In this document: piece after piece, positions 8,188 to 15,919 of the stretch
Layout: every line of letters starts with the position of its first letter
Numbering within the stretch: position 1 is the stretch's first letter
Source: Spirochaetales bacterium
Lineage (GTDB): Bacteria; Spirochaetota; Spirochaetia; Sphaerochaetales; Sphaerochaetaceae
Assembly (NCBI GenBank): GCA_017470995.1
Contig: JAFUXI010000066.1
Coordinates: forward strand, 5,129 to 69,128
Length of the DNA: 64,000 nt
Direction: 5' to 3'
The notes under the pieces: model-generated
Databases searched by the model: none
What the model was told of the DNA's origin: nothing
The model's input: the letters and a program-made list of their open reading frames with translations, nothing else
Program-made: the position numbers and the translations under genes

Positions 8188-10839
8188 TCAGAATGATTTC
8201 AGAACATCTATATGCTTTGCAGCCTTCTCGATCTTCTCTTCGAACTCGGCCTTCTTGGAAAGCTCCTTGTCAATTGCCTCCTGTTTGGCGTTGTTCATGA
8301 ACTTCTCGTTGGAAAGCTTCTTGAGAACAACGTCCAGAAGAGCCTGTGTCTTGGTGATCTCCACGTTGAGTCTTGCAATCTCCTTATCCACATCAATTGC
8401 ATCTCTCACAAAGACATAGGTCTCGAATCCGGTGCCGGCGATCGGGAATGCTCCCTTGACATCGACCTCGCCCTTATCGTCGATCAGAAGCTCTTCCGCA
8501 TTGGCGAATACCTTAAGAAGATCGATATGGCCCTTCATGAATGCAGAGAGATCACCGGCCTGGTCGAGCTTGACGACCATCCTGAGTTTCTTCTCCGCAC
8601 CGATTCCGAGCTCGGCTCTCATGTTCCTTATTCCTCTGACCATATCCTGCATTGCAGCCATCAACTGGGCCTCAAGCGGGTACTTTCTGGCATCAAGATA
8701 CTCTGGGAAGGATGTTGTAATCAGTTTGCCTTCCGTGTTCGGAAGCTTAGACCAGATCTCCTCGGTGAGGAACGAAAGCAGCGGATGCATCATCTTCATT
8801 GACTCTGCCAGGATGTCCATCAGGATGGAAACAACCCTGTCCTTCTCGGCATCGTCATCCGAATAGAGGGAAATCTTGGAAGCCTCGACGTACCAGTCGC
8901 AGAAGTCGTTCCAGAAGAAATCGTATACAGCCTGGGCGGCTTCGTTGAACTTGTAGCCTTCGATGGCGTTTCTGACCTTCAGGACATTTTCGTTGAGGCT
9001 GTGGTAGATCCACTTGTCGACCGCATTGAACTTCGAGGGATCGATTTCAACCAGATTCCTGCCTTCGAGGTTCATCAGAAGATATCTGGTGGCGTTCCAG
9101 ATCTTGTTTGCGAATCTCGAGCCGAGCTTGAAGCTGTCCATATCGACCAGGACATCCTGACCCTGCGTTGCAAGGTAGCAGATGGTGAACTTCATGGCAT
9201 CAGCGCCGTAGAGGTTGACCACATCGAGCGGATCAATGCCGTTTCCGAGGCTCTTGGACATCTTGCGGCCCTTTTTGTCCCTGACAAGGCCGGTGATGTA
9301 GATATCCCTGAACGGAGCCTTGCCCGTGAACTCCAACGAGGCCATTATCATTCTGGAAACCCAGAAGAATATTATGTCATAAGCAGTTACGAGAGTACTT
9401 GTCGGGAAGAACCTCTTCATGTCCTCGGTATCCTGAGGCCATCCGAGGGTGCTGAACGGCCAGAGCCAGGAGCTGAACCAGGTGTCAAGCACATCGTTGT
9501 CCTGATGGATCTTCTTGCTTCCGCACTTGTCGCAGCAGCAGGGATCCTCGCGTCTGACCATCATCTGACCGCAGTCCTCGCAGTACCAGACCGGAATCCT
9601 ATGGCCCCACCAGAGCTGGCGGCTGATGCACCAGTCGCGGATATTCTCGAGCCAGTTGGAATAGGTGTTCTCCCAGCGCTTGGGATAGAATCTGATTTCT
9701 CCGTCCCTCCAGGCCTTCAGAGCCTTGTCCGCAAGGGGTCTCATCTTTACGAACCACTGTTCGCTCATGTAGGGCTCAACGGTGCTGTTGCACCTGTAGC
9801 AGTGTCCGACTTCATGCTTATATTCTTCACACTTAACGAGATAGCCCTGCTCTTCGAGAACCTTTGCGACCTTCATCCTGGCCTCTTCGGCAGGAAGTCC
9901 CCTGAACTGCTCGGGACAGACATCGTTGAGCGTTCCGTCCGGATTCAGGATATTGATCGGCTCGAGGTTGTGTCTCTTTCCGCACTCCCAGTCGTTTGGA
10001 TCGTGGGCAGGAGTGATCTTTACCATACCGGTTCCGAACTCTATGCCTACGAAGCTGTCTGCAATGATGGGAATCTCGCGGTCCGTAAGCGGAAGCTTGA
10101 GCATCTTGCCCACAAGAGCTTTGTAGCGCTCGTCATCCGGGTTCACGGCAACAGCCTGATCGCCGAACATGGTCTCGGGTCTGGTCGTGGCAACGGTGAT
10201 GTATCCGCTGCCGTCTGCAAACGGATATCTGACATCGAACAGATGCCCTGTGTCTTCCTGGTGCTCGACTTCGTCATCGGCCAGGGCCGTTCCGCAGTGC
10301 GGGCAGTAGTTGACCAGATACAGGCCCTTGTAGATCAGGCCTCTCTCGTAGAGGGAAACGAATGTCTCCCTGACAGCCTTGGAGAGTCCCTCGTCCATGG
10401 TGAATCTCTCGCGTGACCAGTCACACGAGGCACCGATGGTCTTGAGCTGGTTCACGATGATGTCGTGGTGCTTCTCCTTGACCTGCCATGTGCGCTCGAC
10501 GAACTTCTCGCGACCCAGGTCCTGACGCCTCAGGCCTTCCTTTGCAAGCTGGCGCTCGACGACGTTCTGGGTGGCAATTCCGGCATGGTCGGTTCCCGGC
10601 AGCCAGAGTGTCGGACGACCCGTCATGCGGTAGTATCTTGTGAGCGTATCCTGGAGCGAGTTGTTGAGCGCATGCCCCATGTGAAGAATACCCGTAACGT
10701 TCGGTGGCGGCATTACAATGACAAAGGGTTTTCCTTCCTTGTCTGCCGGCTTGAAGTTGCCGTCCTCCACCCATTGGGCATAGATCCTTTCCTCAAAATC
10801 CTTGGGATTGTAGGTCTTCTCGAGTTCAATGGCTTTCAT
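8188..10839 (-). CDS. valS: valine--tRNA ligase
   Basis: Start trimmed to ATG 10839 (MKAIELEKTYNPKDFE) after GAGGAG. Class I motifs PNVTGILHMGHALN and KMSKSLGN, with a coiled-coil C-terminus. Confidence 0.95.
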   Translation of the reverse strand: MKAIELEKTYNPKDFEERIYAQWVEDGNFKPADKEGKPFVIVMPPPNVTGILHMGHALNNSLQDTLTRYYRMTGRPTLWLPGTDHAGIATQNVVERQLAKEGLRRQDLGREKFVERTWQVKEKHHDIIVNQLKTIGASCDWSRERFTMDEGLSKAVRETFVSLYERGLIYKGLYLVNYCPHCGTALADDEVEHQEDTGHLFDVRYPFADGSGYITVATTRPETMFGDQAVAVNPDDERYKALVGKMLKLPLTDREIPIIADSFVGIEFGTGMVKITPAHDPNDWECGKRHNLEPINILNPDGTLNDVCPEQFRGLPAEEARMKVAKVLEEQGYLVKCEEYKHEVGHCYRCNSTVEPYMSEQWFVKMRPLADKALKAWRDGEIRFYPKRWENTYSNWLENIRDWCISRQLWWGHRIPVWYCEDCGQMMVRREDPCCCDKCGSKKIHQDNDVLDTWFSSWLWPFSTLGWPQDTEDMKRFFPTSTLVTAYDIIFFWVSRMIMASLEFTGKAPFRDIYITGLVRDKKGRKMSKSLGNGIDPLDVVNLYGADAMKFTICYLATQGQDVLVDMDSFKLGSRFANKIWNATRYLLMNLEGRNLVEIDPSKFNAVDKWIYHSLNENVLKVRNAIEGYKFNEAAQAVYDFFWNDFCDWYVEASKISLYSDDDAEKDRVVSILMDILAESMKMMHPLLSFLTEEIWSKLPNTEGKLITTSFPEYLDARKYPLEAQLMAAMQDMVRGIRNMRAELGIGAEKKLRMVVKLDQAGDLSAFMKGHIDLLKVFANAEELLIDDKGEVDVKGAFPIAGTGFETYVFVRDAIDVDKEIARLNVEITKTQALLDVVLKKLSNEKFMNNAKQEAIDKELSKKAEFEEKIEKAAKHIDVLKSF

Positions 10840-10990
10840 CTCAGCTCCTCTGCGCACACATGCGCGCACACTATAAAACTAATTAATAAATAGTACCCTA
10901 AAAGCCGACTCTGCGCAATAACCAGAGTCCTAAAATGCAAATATAATTTTAACCCCAAATCACCCTTAAATTCCTAGCAAATTTCTATCG

Positions 10991-11100
10991 TTTCGATATA
11001 ATTCCAATCAGTTCCAATTAGTTTCAATTTGTTTCAATATTTATTCAATATCGTTTACATATTATTTAAATTAATATTCAATATATATTCCAGTCAATTT
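10991..11100. repeat. array of 10-bp-phased TYCAAT motifs in an AT-rich intergenic region
   Basis: Consecutive decamers ATTCCAATCA, GTTCCAATTA, GTTTCAATTT, GTTTCAATAT and TTATTCAATA span 11001-11050. Further ATTCAAT/GTCAAT copies occur near 11076 and 11093. Confidence 0.6.
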
Positions 11101-11194
11101 CCCACGCATTTTGTGCATCCCAAACCCCATGCAAAGGCAAATTCTCCCACATATACGGCGTGCAATGTGATACTTTAGTAAAGGAACAAAATTC

Positions 11195-11365
11195 ATGAAG
11201 TCGGAGGTTGCATATAAGGGGACCCTGAATGTTCGTCTTGGTGAGGGAACTCACAGAAGAGCAGCCATATATGCTCTAACCCATAACCAGAGTCTTAATA
11301 GTTTCATTGATTTCGCAGTCCAGGAAAAATTGGCTGCATACGGGAAAACTGAGGACAAGACCTGA
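11195..11365 (+). CDS. HicB-like / RHH antitoxin (orphan)
   Basis: Below the ORF-track cutoff. Manual translation gives MKSEVAYKGTLNVRLGEGTHRRAAIYALTHNQSLNSFIDFAVQEKLAAYGKTEDKT. The Y.G.LNVRL....HR.AA..A...SLN.FI pattern is typical of COG4226/HicB-like antitoxins. Confidence 0.55.
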   Translation: MKSEVAYKGTLNVRLGEGTHRRAAIYALTHNQSLNSFIDFAVQEKLAAYGKTEDKT

Positions 11366-11384
11366 CTAATTCAGTGAAACTGGC

Positions 11385-11768
11385 TCAGACTCTGAATCCG
11401 GTCATCGTTGCAAATGCAATGAGAAGCCCGTTCTCGTCCTTGACCCGGATCTCATAGAAAACCGTAGTACGTCCGTCCTTGATCCTGCGGGCCTCGGCAA
11501 TCAGTCTGTTTCCTTTGGCAGCATGAAGATAGCTTATCTCGCTGGTCATGGAACAAGCCTGACCGTCACAGGCAGCCCCGTAGCAAAGGTCTGCAAGGGT
11601 GAAGATCGCTCCTCCCATCACTACACCTCTGGCGTTCTTGTGAAAGTCCTTTATATCCATGCTGCAGACAGCATACCCTTCACCGACTTCATCAATCTCA
11701 ATTCCGCTGTGAACAGCGAATCTGTCATCCTCGAAAAAAGCCCTTGTTTCTGCCAAATCTCTTCTCAT
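11385..11768 (-). CDS. PaaI-family hotdog-fold thioesterase
   Basis: Start trimmed to ATG 11768 (RBS AGGTGG). Contains HKNARGVVMGGAIFTLADLCYGAA, with a typical length of about 127 aa. Confidence 0.75.
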   Translation of the reverse strand: MRRDLAETRAFFEDDRFAVHSGIEIDEVGEGYAVCSMDIKDFHKNARGVVMGGAIFTLADLCYGAACDGQACSMTSEISYLHAAKGNRLIAEARRIKDGRTTVFYEIRVKDENGLLIAFATMTGFRV

Positions 11769-11830
11769 ATCGATAAACCACCTGCTTCGGATGATACAGG
11801 ACCATCCTCTTTTCATCAACTCGTTTACCA

Positions 11831-12126
11831 GCGGTCCTGCAGTCGACCGGTCTTGCAGTCCGACAGTCTGACGGTCCTGCAGTTATAGTTTTTTAATTAT
11901 ATATATTAAAAGGTTTTATAATCATTTTGTCTTTAAAAACATTACAGTCTTGCAGTCCTGCAGTCCGACGGTCTTGTCATTTTGACATGACTGCAAGACT
12001 GCAAGACTGACGGACTGTGCCCATTTCAATAGACAATATAACACTAATTTGTTTTATTATAATATTTTATATTTTTCACACTGAAAGACTGCAGGACCGC
12101 AAGACTGCAAGACCGGTCGACCGTCC
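11831..12126. repeat. nested quasi-palindrome built from about 20 copies of the octamer RGTCYKRC (REP-like cluster)
   Basis: Block A 11833-11884 reads GGTCCTGC AGTCGACC GGTCTTGC AGTCCGAC AGTCTGAC GGTCCTGC AGTT. Block B 11946-11977 reads AGTCTTGC AGTCCTGC AGTCCGAC GGTCTTGT. Blocks C (11989-12017) and D (12081-12126) carry the same units on the opposite strand. There is a perfect 19-nt inverted repeat, GTCGACCGGTCTTGCAGTC, at 11842-11860 and 12103-12121. AT-rich spacers of about 60 nt separate A/B and C/D. Confidence 0.85.
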
Positions 12127-12176
12127 AAAACCACAACAGAAAAAAACTAAAAAAACTTCAAAAATCCCCTCGGAAT

Positions 12177-12210
12177 TTCTAATGAAAACGACAGTTTTTC
12201 TGTTATAGGA
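12177..12210 (+). other. 34-nt conserved element, copy 1 (upstream of the HUH gene)
   Basis: TTCTAATGAAAACGACAGTTTTTCTGTTATAGGA matches 17328-17361 at 26 of 34 positions, including CAGTTTTTC and GTTATAGG. Confidence 0.6.
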
Positions 12211-12237
12211 GACAAAGGTCAAAAAAGGAGGTCTGTC

Positions 12238-12987
12238 ATGGCTGAAAACTCAAACCCGAACAGGAAACCCGGAATCGGTAAACGCGGGAACGTCGAAAGA
12301 AACGCAAAGGTCTTTCATGTCGTCCAGAGGACGATGATGAAACTGCCGCTGTTGGAATCGGATCAGGTCTTTGACTATTGGCAATACCATTTCAGAATCT
12401 GCTGCATCGAGGAAAACATCTCGATCCTGTGCTTTACGGTAATGACAAATCATATTCATGCAATAATTTATACTGAAGATTACCGGAGTATAGGTAGAGC
12501 TTTCAGGAGGCTGAATACGGGTCTGAGCCAGTTCATATCAAACAAGCTCATAAAGGATTCGGATTATACAAAGATGTTTCCGGAAGCTGAGGAGTTCAGG
12601 CTCTTCAGTTCCTCTCCGAGGCTGTTTCCCATAGAAGGAACAATACCGCTCTTCATAGACACAAGATATCTGTTCGACAATCCCAAACACCATGGCGCAT
12701 CAAACACAGGGCTCTATTACAGACATTCGAATTTCATGACACTCTACAAGGGTGAATACGAACGCAAAGATCTGCGGCTTTTCTACGACCTGTACAACAT
12801 GTATCCGGGTCAGGTCATGAAGACCATCAGCAAAGGACAGAAGGAATTCATCGAAGCCCTTACTGAAATCTCCCGGAACCTGGACAGACACAAGGAGAAT
12901 CTGGTGTTCAAGGTCAATCCGGACAAAGATTGGACAAGCTCGGCAGAGAACGTCAGAGACGGATATAAATTGTTTGATATTCAGTAG
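12238..12987 (+). CDS. HUH / Y1 tyrosine transposase-like protein (IS200/IS605 TnpA or REP-associated RAYT family)
   Basis: FHVVQRTM...ILCFTVMTNHIHAIIY (HUH motif HIH) followed by TRYLFDNPKHHG (Y-x3-NP catalytic Tyr region). RBS AAGGAGG. 249 aa, longer than a minimal IS200 TnpA. Confidence 0.7.
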   Translation: MAENSNPNRKPGIGKRGNVERNAKVFHVVQRTMMKLPLLESDQVFDYWQYHFRICCIEENISILCFTVMTNHIHAIIYTEDYRSIGRAFRRLNTGLSQFISNKLIKDSDYTKMFPEAEEFRLFSSSPRLFPIEGTIPLFIDTRYLFDNPKHHGASNTGLYYRHSNFMTLYKGEYERKDLRLFYDLYNMYPGQVMKTISKGQKEFIEALTEISRNLDRHKENLVFKVNPDKDWTSSAENVRDGYKLFDIQ

Positions 12988-12999
12988 ATGATAAAGATT

Positions 13000-13021
13000 C
13001 AGCCCCGCACAGGCGGGGCTG
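13000..13021. terminator. bidirectional hairpin between convergent genes
   Basis: CAGCCCCGC-ACAG-GCGGGGCTG, a 9-bp GC-rich stem. Lies between the stop at 12987 (+) and the stop at 13055 (-). Confidence 0.6.
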
Positions 13022-13054
13022 AAAGGCATTGGTTTTTACTAATTTAAAACAAAA

Positions 13055-13810
13055 TTAGTTTTCTGCTGGGGGAGGAATGATCTCGAGGACATCGGCCTCG
13101 AAGATCACGGTACCGTCGGAAGCGACGATCCTGTTCTCGCTGTCCAGGATGACTCCCGTGGCAACGATCTGACCCTCGGCGTCTCTTGCAAGACCGTCGG
13201 AGGTGATTGTGATGCCCTTGTCCTTGACCTTGGCGATCACGTGGACATCTGAGCTGATCTTCTCAAGTGAGAGCGGCTGGATGCTTTTGAGTCTGATGTC
13301 GACATCATAGCCTCTGGCATCGAGGTTCTTGAGGATCTCGTCGAGCGAGTAGTTCTCAAGGCTCTTGGATGTTGTTGCATTATCAGTCGATCTGGTCTGA
13401 GTGATGTTTGTCAGATCAATCGAGGTGTTGACGTCCGGAAGAGGAATTGCGTTATCGGAACTGCCGTTTCCGCCGAAGACTGCCCATGAGCCGACAAAGA
13501 CGACCACGAATGCGGCTGCAACACCGAGAAGCTGCGGTGCTGTGAGTTTGAAAGTCTTGCGGAGGAAGGAATTACCCTTCTTCTTCGAAAGATGGTTTTT
13601 CTCAATCATCGAGAGAACCCTGTCCATGCGGGGCTGGATTTCCTCATCTGAGAGCTCGGCGTTCTTCATAGCGCCCTTAATCGAAAGTAGATTCTGATAG
13701 CGGGTTCTGCAGCTGGGACAATAGCTCAGATGCTCCTCGACCTGGCTCTTCCAGGGCTCGGTCAGCTCGCCGTCGAGATAAGTGTTGAGAATCTGGTCGT
13801 CAAGGCACAT
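13055..13810 (-). CDS. anti-sigma factor (zf-HC2 type) with one TM helix
   Basis: N-terminal H-x3-C-x2-C motif (EEHLSYCPSCRTRY) and TM helix LLGVAAAFVVVFVGSWAVF. Overlaps the sigma gene by 11 nt. Confidence 0.75.
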   Translation of the reverse strand: MCLDDQILNTYLDGELTEPWKSQVEEHLSYCPSCRTRYQNLLSIKGAMKNAELSDEEIQPRMDRVLSMIEKNHLSKKKGNSFLRKTFKLTAPQLLGVAAAFVVVFVGSWAVFGGNGSSDNAIPLPDVNTSIDLTNITQTRSTDNATTSKSLENYSLDEILKNLDARGYDVDIRLKSIQPLSLEKISSDVHVIAKVKDKGITITSDGLARDAEGQIVATGVILDSENRIVASDGTVIFEADVLEIIPPPAEN

Positions 13811-14342
13811 TCACTTCCTCCCGGTCCAGTTTTGCTTCAAGCTCTTTTCTTGCCCGATGCACCCGGACCTTAACATTGCTTTCCGAAATCTTCAGCTGCT
13901 CTGCAATCTGCTTGTAGTTCAGACCTGCATATTCCAGAAGAACAATCACAGTCTTGTAGATCTCAGGCAGTTCGCTTACCGCTTTACGCACAGCTGCCGT
14001 CGATTCCTTCAGAAGAAGCTCTGAGGCACCGTCCTTGAAGGGATTTATCTGCGGTCCCCTCATGACTTTCTCCAACGATGCGGATTCCCTCATCTTCCTC
14101 TTGTTGTGGTTGATCGAAAGGTTCTTCACAACCCGGATCAACCAGAACTTGGCATCGTCCATAGTGGGAAACACCATGTCCTTGTCGTAGAATCTGATGA
14201 ATGCATCCTGACAGATATCCTCGGCAACATCCTGATTGTAGGTAACGTGGTAGGCAACCTTCATCACAACCGGGAAAACCTCGTTGTAAACCTGTCTAAA
14301 GGCAAGCTCATCGCCGCTTCTGATTTCCATAAACTTTAACAA
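13800..14342 (-). CDS. ECF-type RNA polymerase sigma-70 family factor
   Basis: Region 2 (FRQVYNEVFPVVMKVAYHVTYNQDVAEDICQDAF) and region 4 HTH (YAGLNYKQIAEQLKISESNVKVRVHRARKEL). Start is ambiguous between TTG 14342 and ATG 14330. Confidence 0.85.
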   Translation of the reverse strand: MLKFMEIRSGDELAFRQVYNEVFPVVMKVAYHVTYNQDVAEDICQDAFIRFYDKDMVFPTMDDAKFWLIRVVKNLSINHNKRKMRESASLEKVMRGPQINPFKDGASELLLKESTAAVRKAVSELPEIYKTVIVLLEYAGLNYKQIAEQLKISESNVKVRVHRARKELEAKLDREEVNVP

Positions 14343-14368
14343 CCGTCCTCATCAAAAGTTACATATTA

Positions 14369-15781
14369 TTACATCTTTTTTTGCAAAGATGGTCCGGCAG
14401 GTGTGTCCTTGACCGTGTAACCGAGCTCCTCGATCTGATTCCTGAATAGATCCGCAGAAGCCCAATCCTTGTTTTTCTTGGCCTGGGCACGCTTTTCGAC
14501 CAGTTCCAGAACCTCTGCCGGGAAATCCTGGGGACCCTGGGAGGAAGCCTTGACTTCAGAGAGCTTCAGGCCGAGCACCTGATCCATGTAGTTGACCACG
14601 TAGCGTTTCTCGGCGTTGGAAAGACCCTCGTCCTTGAGCATGTTCCAGAGGACCGACAGGCCTCTGGCCGTTGCAAGGTCATTGCACACGAAGCCGTCGA
14701 ACTGATCCATGTAGGCCTTGCCCTTCTCCGAAATATCCGCAGCAGATGCAGCGGAATCTCCCAGAGAAGCGATTCTCTCCACAAGGCCAAGCCTTGCGGT
14801 TCTGGCGCTGTCCATGCCCTGGTAGGAGAACTGGAGCTGGGTCCTGTAGGTGGCTCCGAGGCAGAAATACCTGTAGTCGAGAGGATCATAACCATGCTCT
14901 TTAAGTACTGACATGGTAAGGAATTCTCCCGAACTCTTTGACATCTTGCCCTTGTCGGAGAGAAGGAACTCTCCGTGCATCCAGTAGTTGACCCACTTCT
15001 TGCCCGTTGCGGCCTCGCTCTGGGCGATCTCATTGGTATGGTGAACGGGGATGGCGTCGATTCCGCCGCAGTGGATATCGAACTGCTCGCCCAGATAGTA
15101 CATGCTCATGGCAGAGCACTCGATGTGCCAGCCCGGGTAACCGCGACCCCACGGGGAATCCCACATCATGGCCTGCTCGCCGAACTTGCTGTTGGTGAAC
15201 CAGAGCACGAAGTCCTTGGGATTGCGCTTGTTGGAGTCGATGTCGATTCTCGCGCCGCTCTTGAGGTCATCGAGATTCAGTCTTGCAAGACGACCGTATG
15301 CCGGGAAGGTATCGATCGAGAAGTAGACGTTTCCGCCTGCCACGTAGGTGTGGCCGCCCTCCTCCAGACGCTTGATCAGATCGATCATCTGCTGGATATG
15401 CCGGGTTGCCGGACATACGACATCGGGGCGGATGATGTTCAGGCTGTCATAGTCCCTGAAGAATGCGTCGGTATAGAACTTGGCGATGTCCCAGACGCTG
15501 CGGCCGCTCTCGCGGGCGCTCTTGGCCATCTTGTCCTCTCCCTCATCACCGTCTCCGGTAAGGTGTCCGACGTCAGTTATGTTCATTACATGCTTGACTT
15601 TATATCCTGCATGGCGCAGTACGCGCTTGAGAGTATCCTCGAAAATGTATGTCCTGAGGTTTCCGATATGTGCATAGTTGTAGACCGTGGGTCCGCATCC
15701 GTAGAGCCCCACGAAGCCTTCTGTGATGGGCTTGAACTCCTCGACGGTCCTGGACATGGTGTTGTAAAGATATACTTTCAT
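14369..15781 (-). CDS. cysS: cysteine--tRNA ligase
   Basis: HIGN motif ([12 protein letters not shown]) and KMSKS motif (GKMSKSSGE). Start set at ATG 15781, with GGAG 5 nt upstream. Confidence 0.95.
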   Translation of the reverse strand: MKVYLYNTMSRTVEEFKPITEGFVGLYGCGPTVYNYAHIGNLRTYIFEDTLKRVLRHAGYKVKHVMNITDVGHLTGDGDEGEDKMAKSARESGRSVWDIAKFYTDAFFRDYDSLNIIRPDVVCPATRHIQQMIDLIKRLEEGGHTYVAGGNVYFSIDTFPAYGRLARLNLDDLKSGARIDIDSNKRNPKDFVLWFTNSKFGEQAMMWDSPWGRGYPGWHIECSAMSMYYLGEQFDIHCGGIDAIPVHHTNEIAQSEAATGKKWVNYWMHGEFLLSDKGKMSKSSGEFLTMSVLKEHGYDPLDYRYFCLGATYRTQLQFSYQGMDSARTARLGLVERIASLGDSAASAADISEKGKAYMDQFDGFVCNDLATARGLSVLWNMLKDEGLSNAEKRYVVNYMDQVLGLKLSEVKASSQGPQDFPAEVLELVEKRAQAKKNKDWASADLFRNQIEELGYTVKDTPAGPSLQKKM

Positions 15782-15919
15782 TCTCACTCCGATTTACGGC
15801 TTAAGAATAAGCATAAACAGTAATCTTGTAAATATAGTCTGATTGTGATTAAATCAAAGCGGCGCCCCGATGCAAGGGCGGCCTCATCCAAACACAAAAC
15901 CAATTTCGGAGGAACAGCA

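Noticed and set aside
9001-10416. 471-aa ORF on the plus strand
   Set aside because: It lies entirely antisense to valS, which has unambiguous synthetase motifs. The translation is low-complexity (rich in L, G, A, V, D, E) with no recognisable motif. It is a typical shadow ORF of a codon-biased gene.
10840-10869. N-terminal extensions offered by the ORF track (valS here; also ackA 15845, the 24598 ORF, 49149, 52463, 55491, 31051 and others)
   Set aside because: Internal ATG or GTG codons preceded by GGAGG-like sites and matching the canonical family N-termini are more plausible starts. The extensions overlap upstream genes or non-coding leaders.
10840-11194. Possible T-box leader or CRISPR-like array upstream of valS
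   Set aside because: No T-box core, specifier-loop or antiterminator sequence is visible on the valS strand. The repeats are 10-bp phased motifs without unique spacers, so this is not a CRISPR array. The array is reported separately as a repeat.
12017-12208. 63-aa ORF inside the octamer-repeat region
   Set aside because: It starts at a GTG inside repeat block C and runs through the AT-rich spacer, block D and an A-rich tract. It has no RBS, and its composition simply reflects the repeats.
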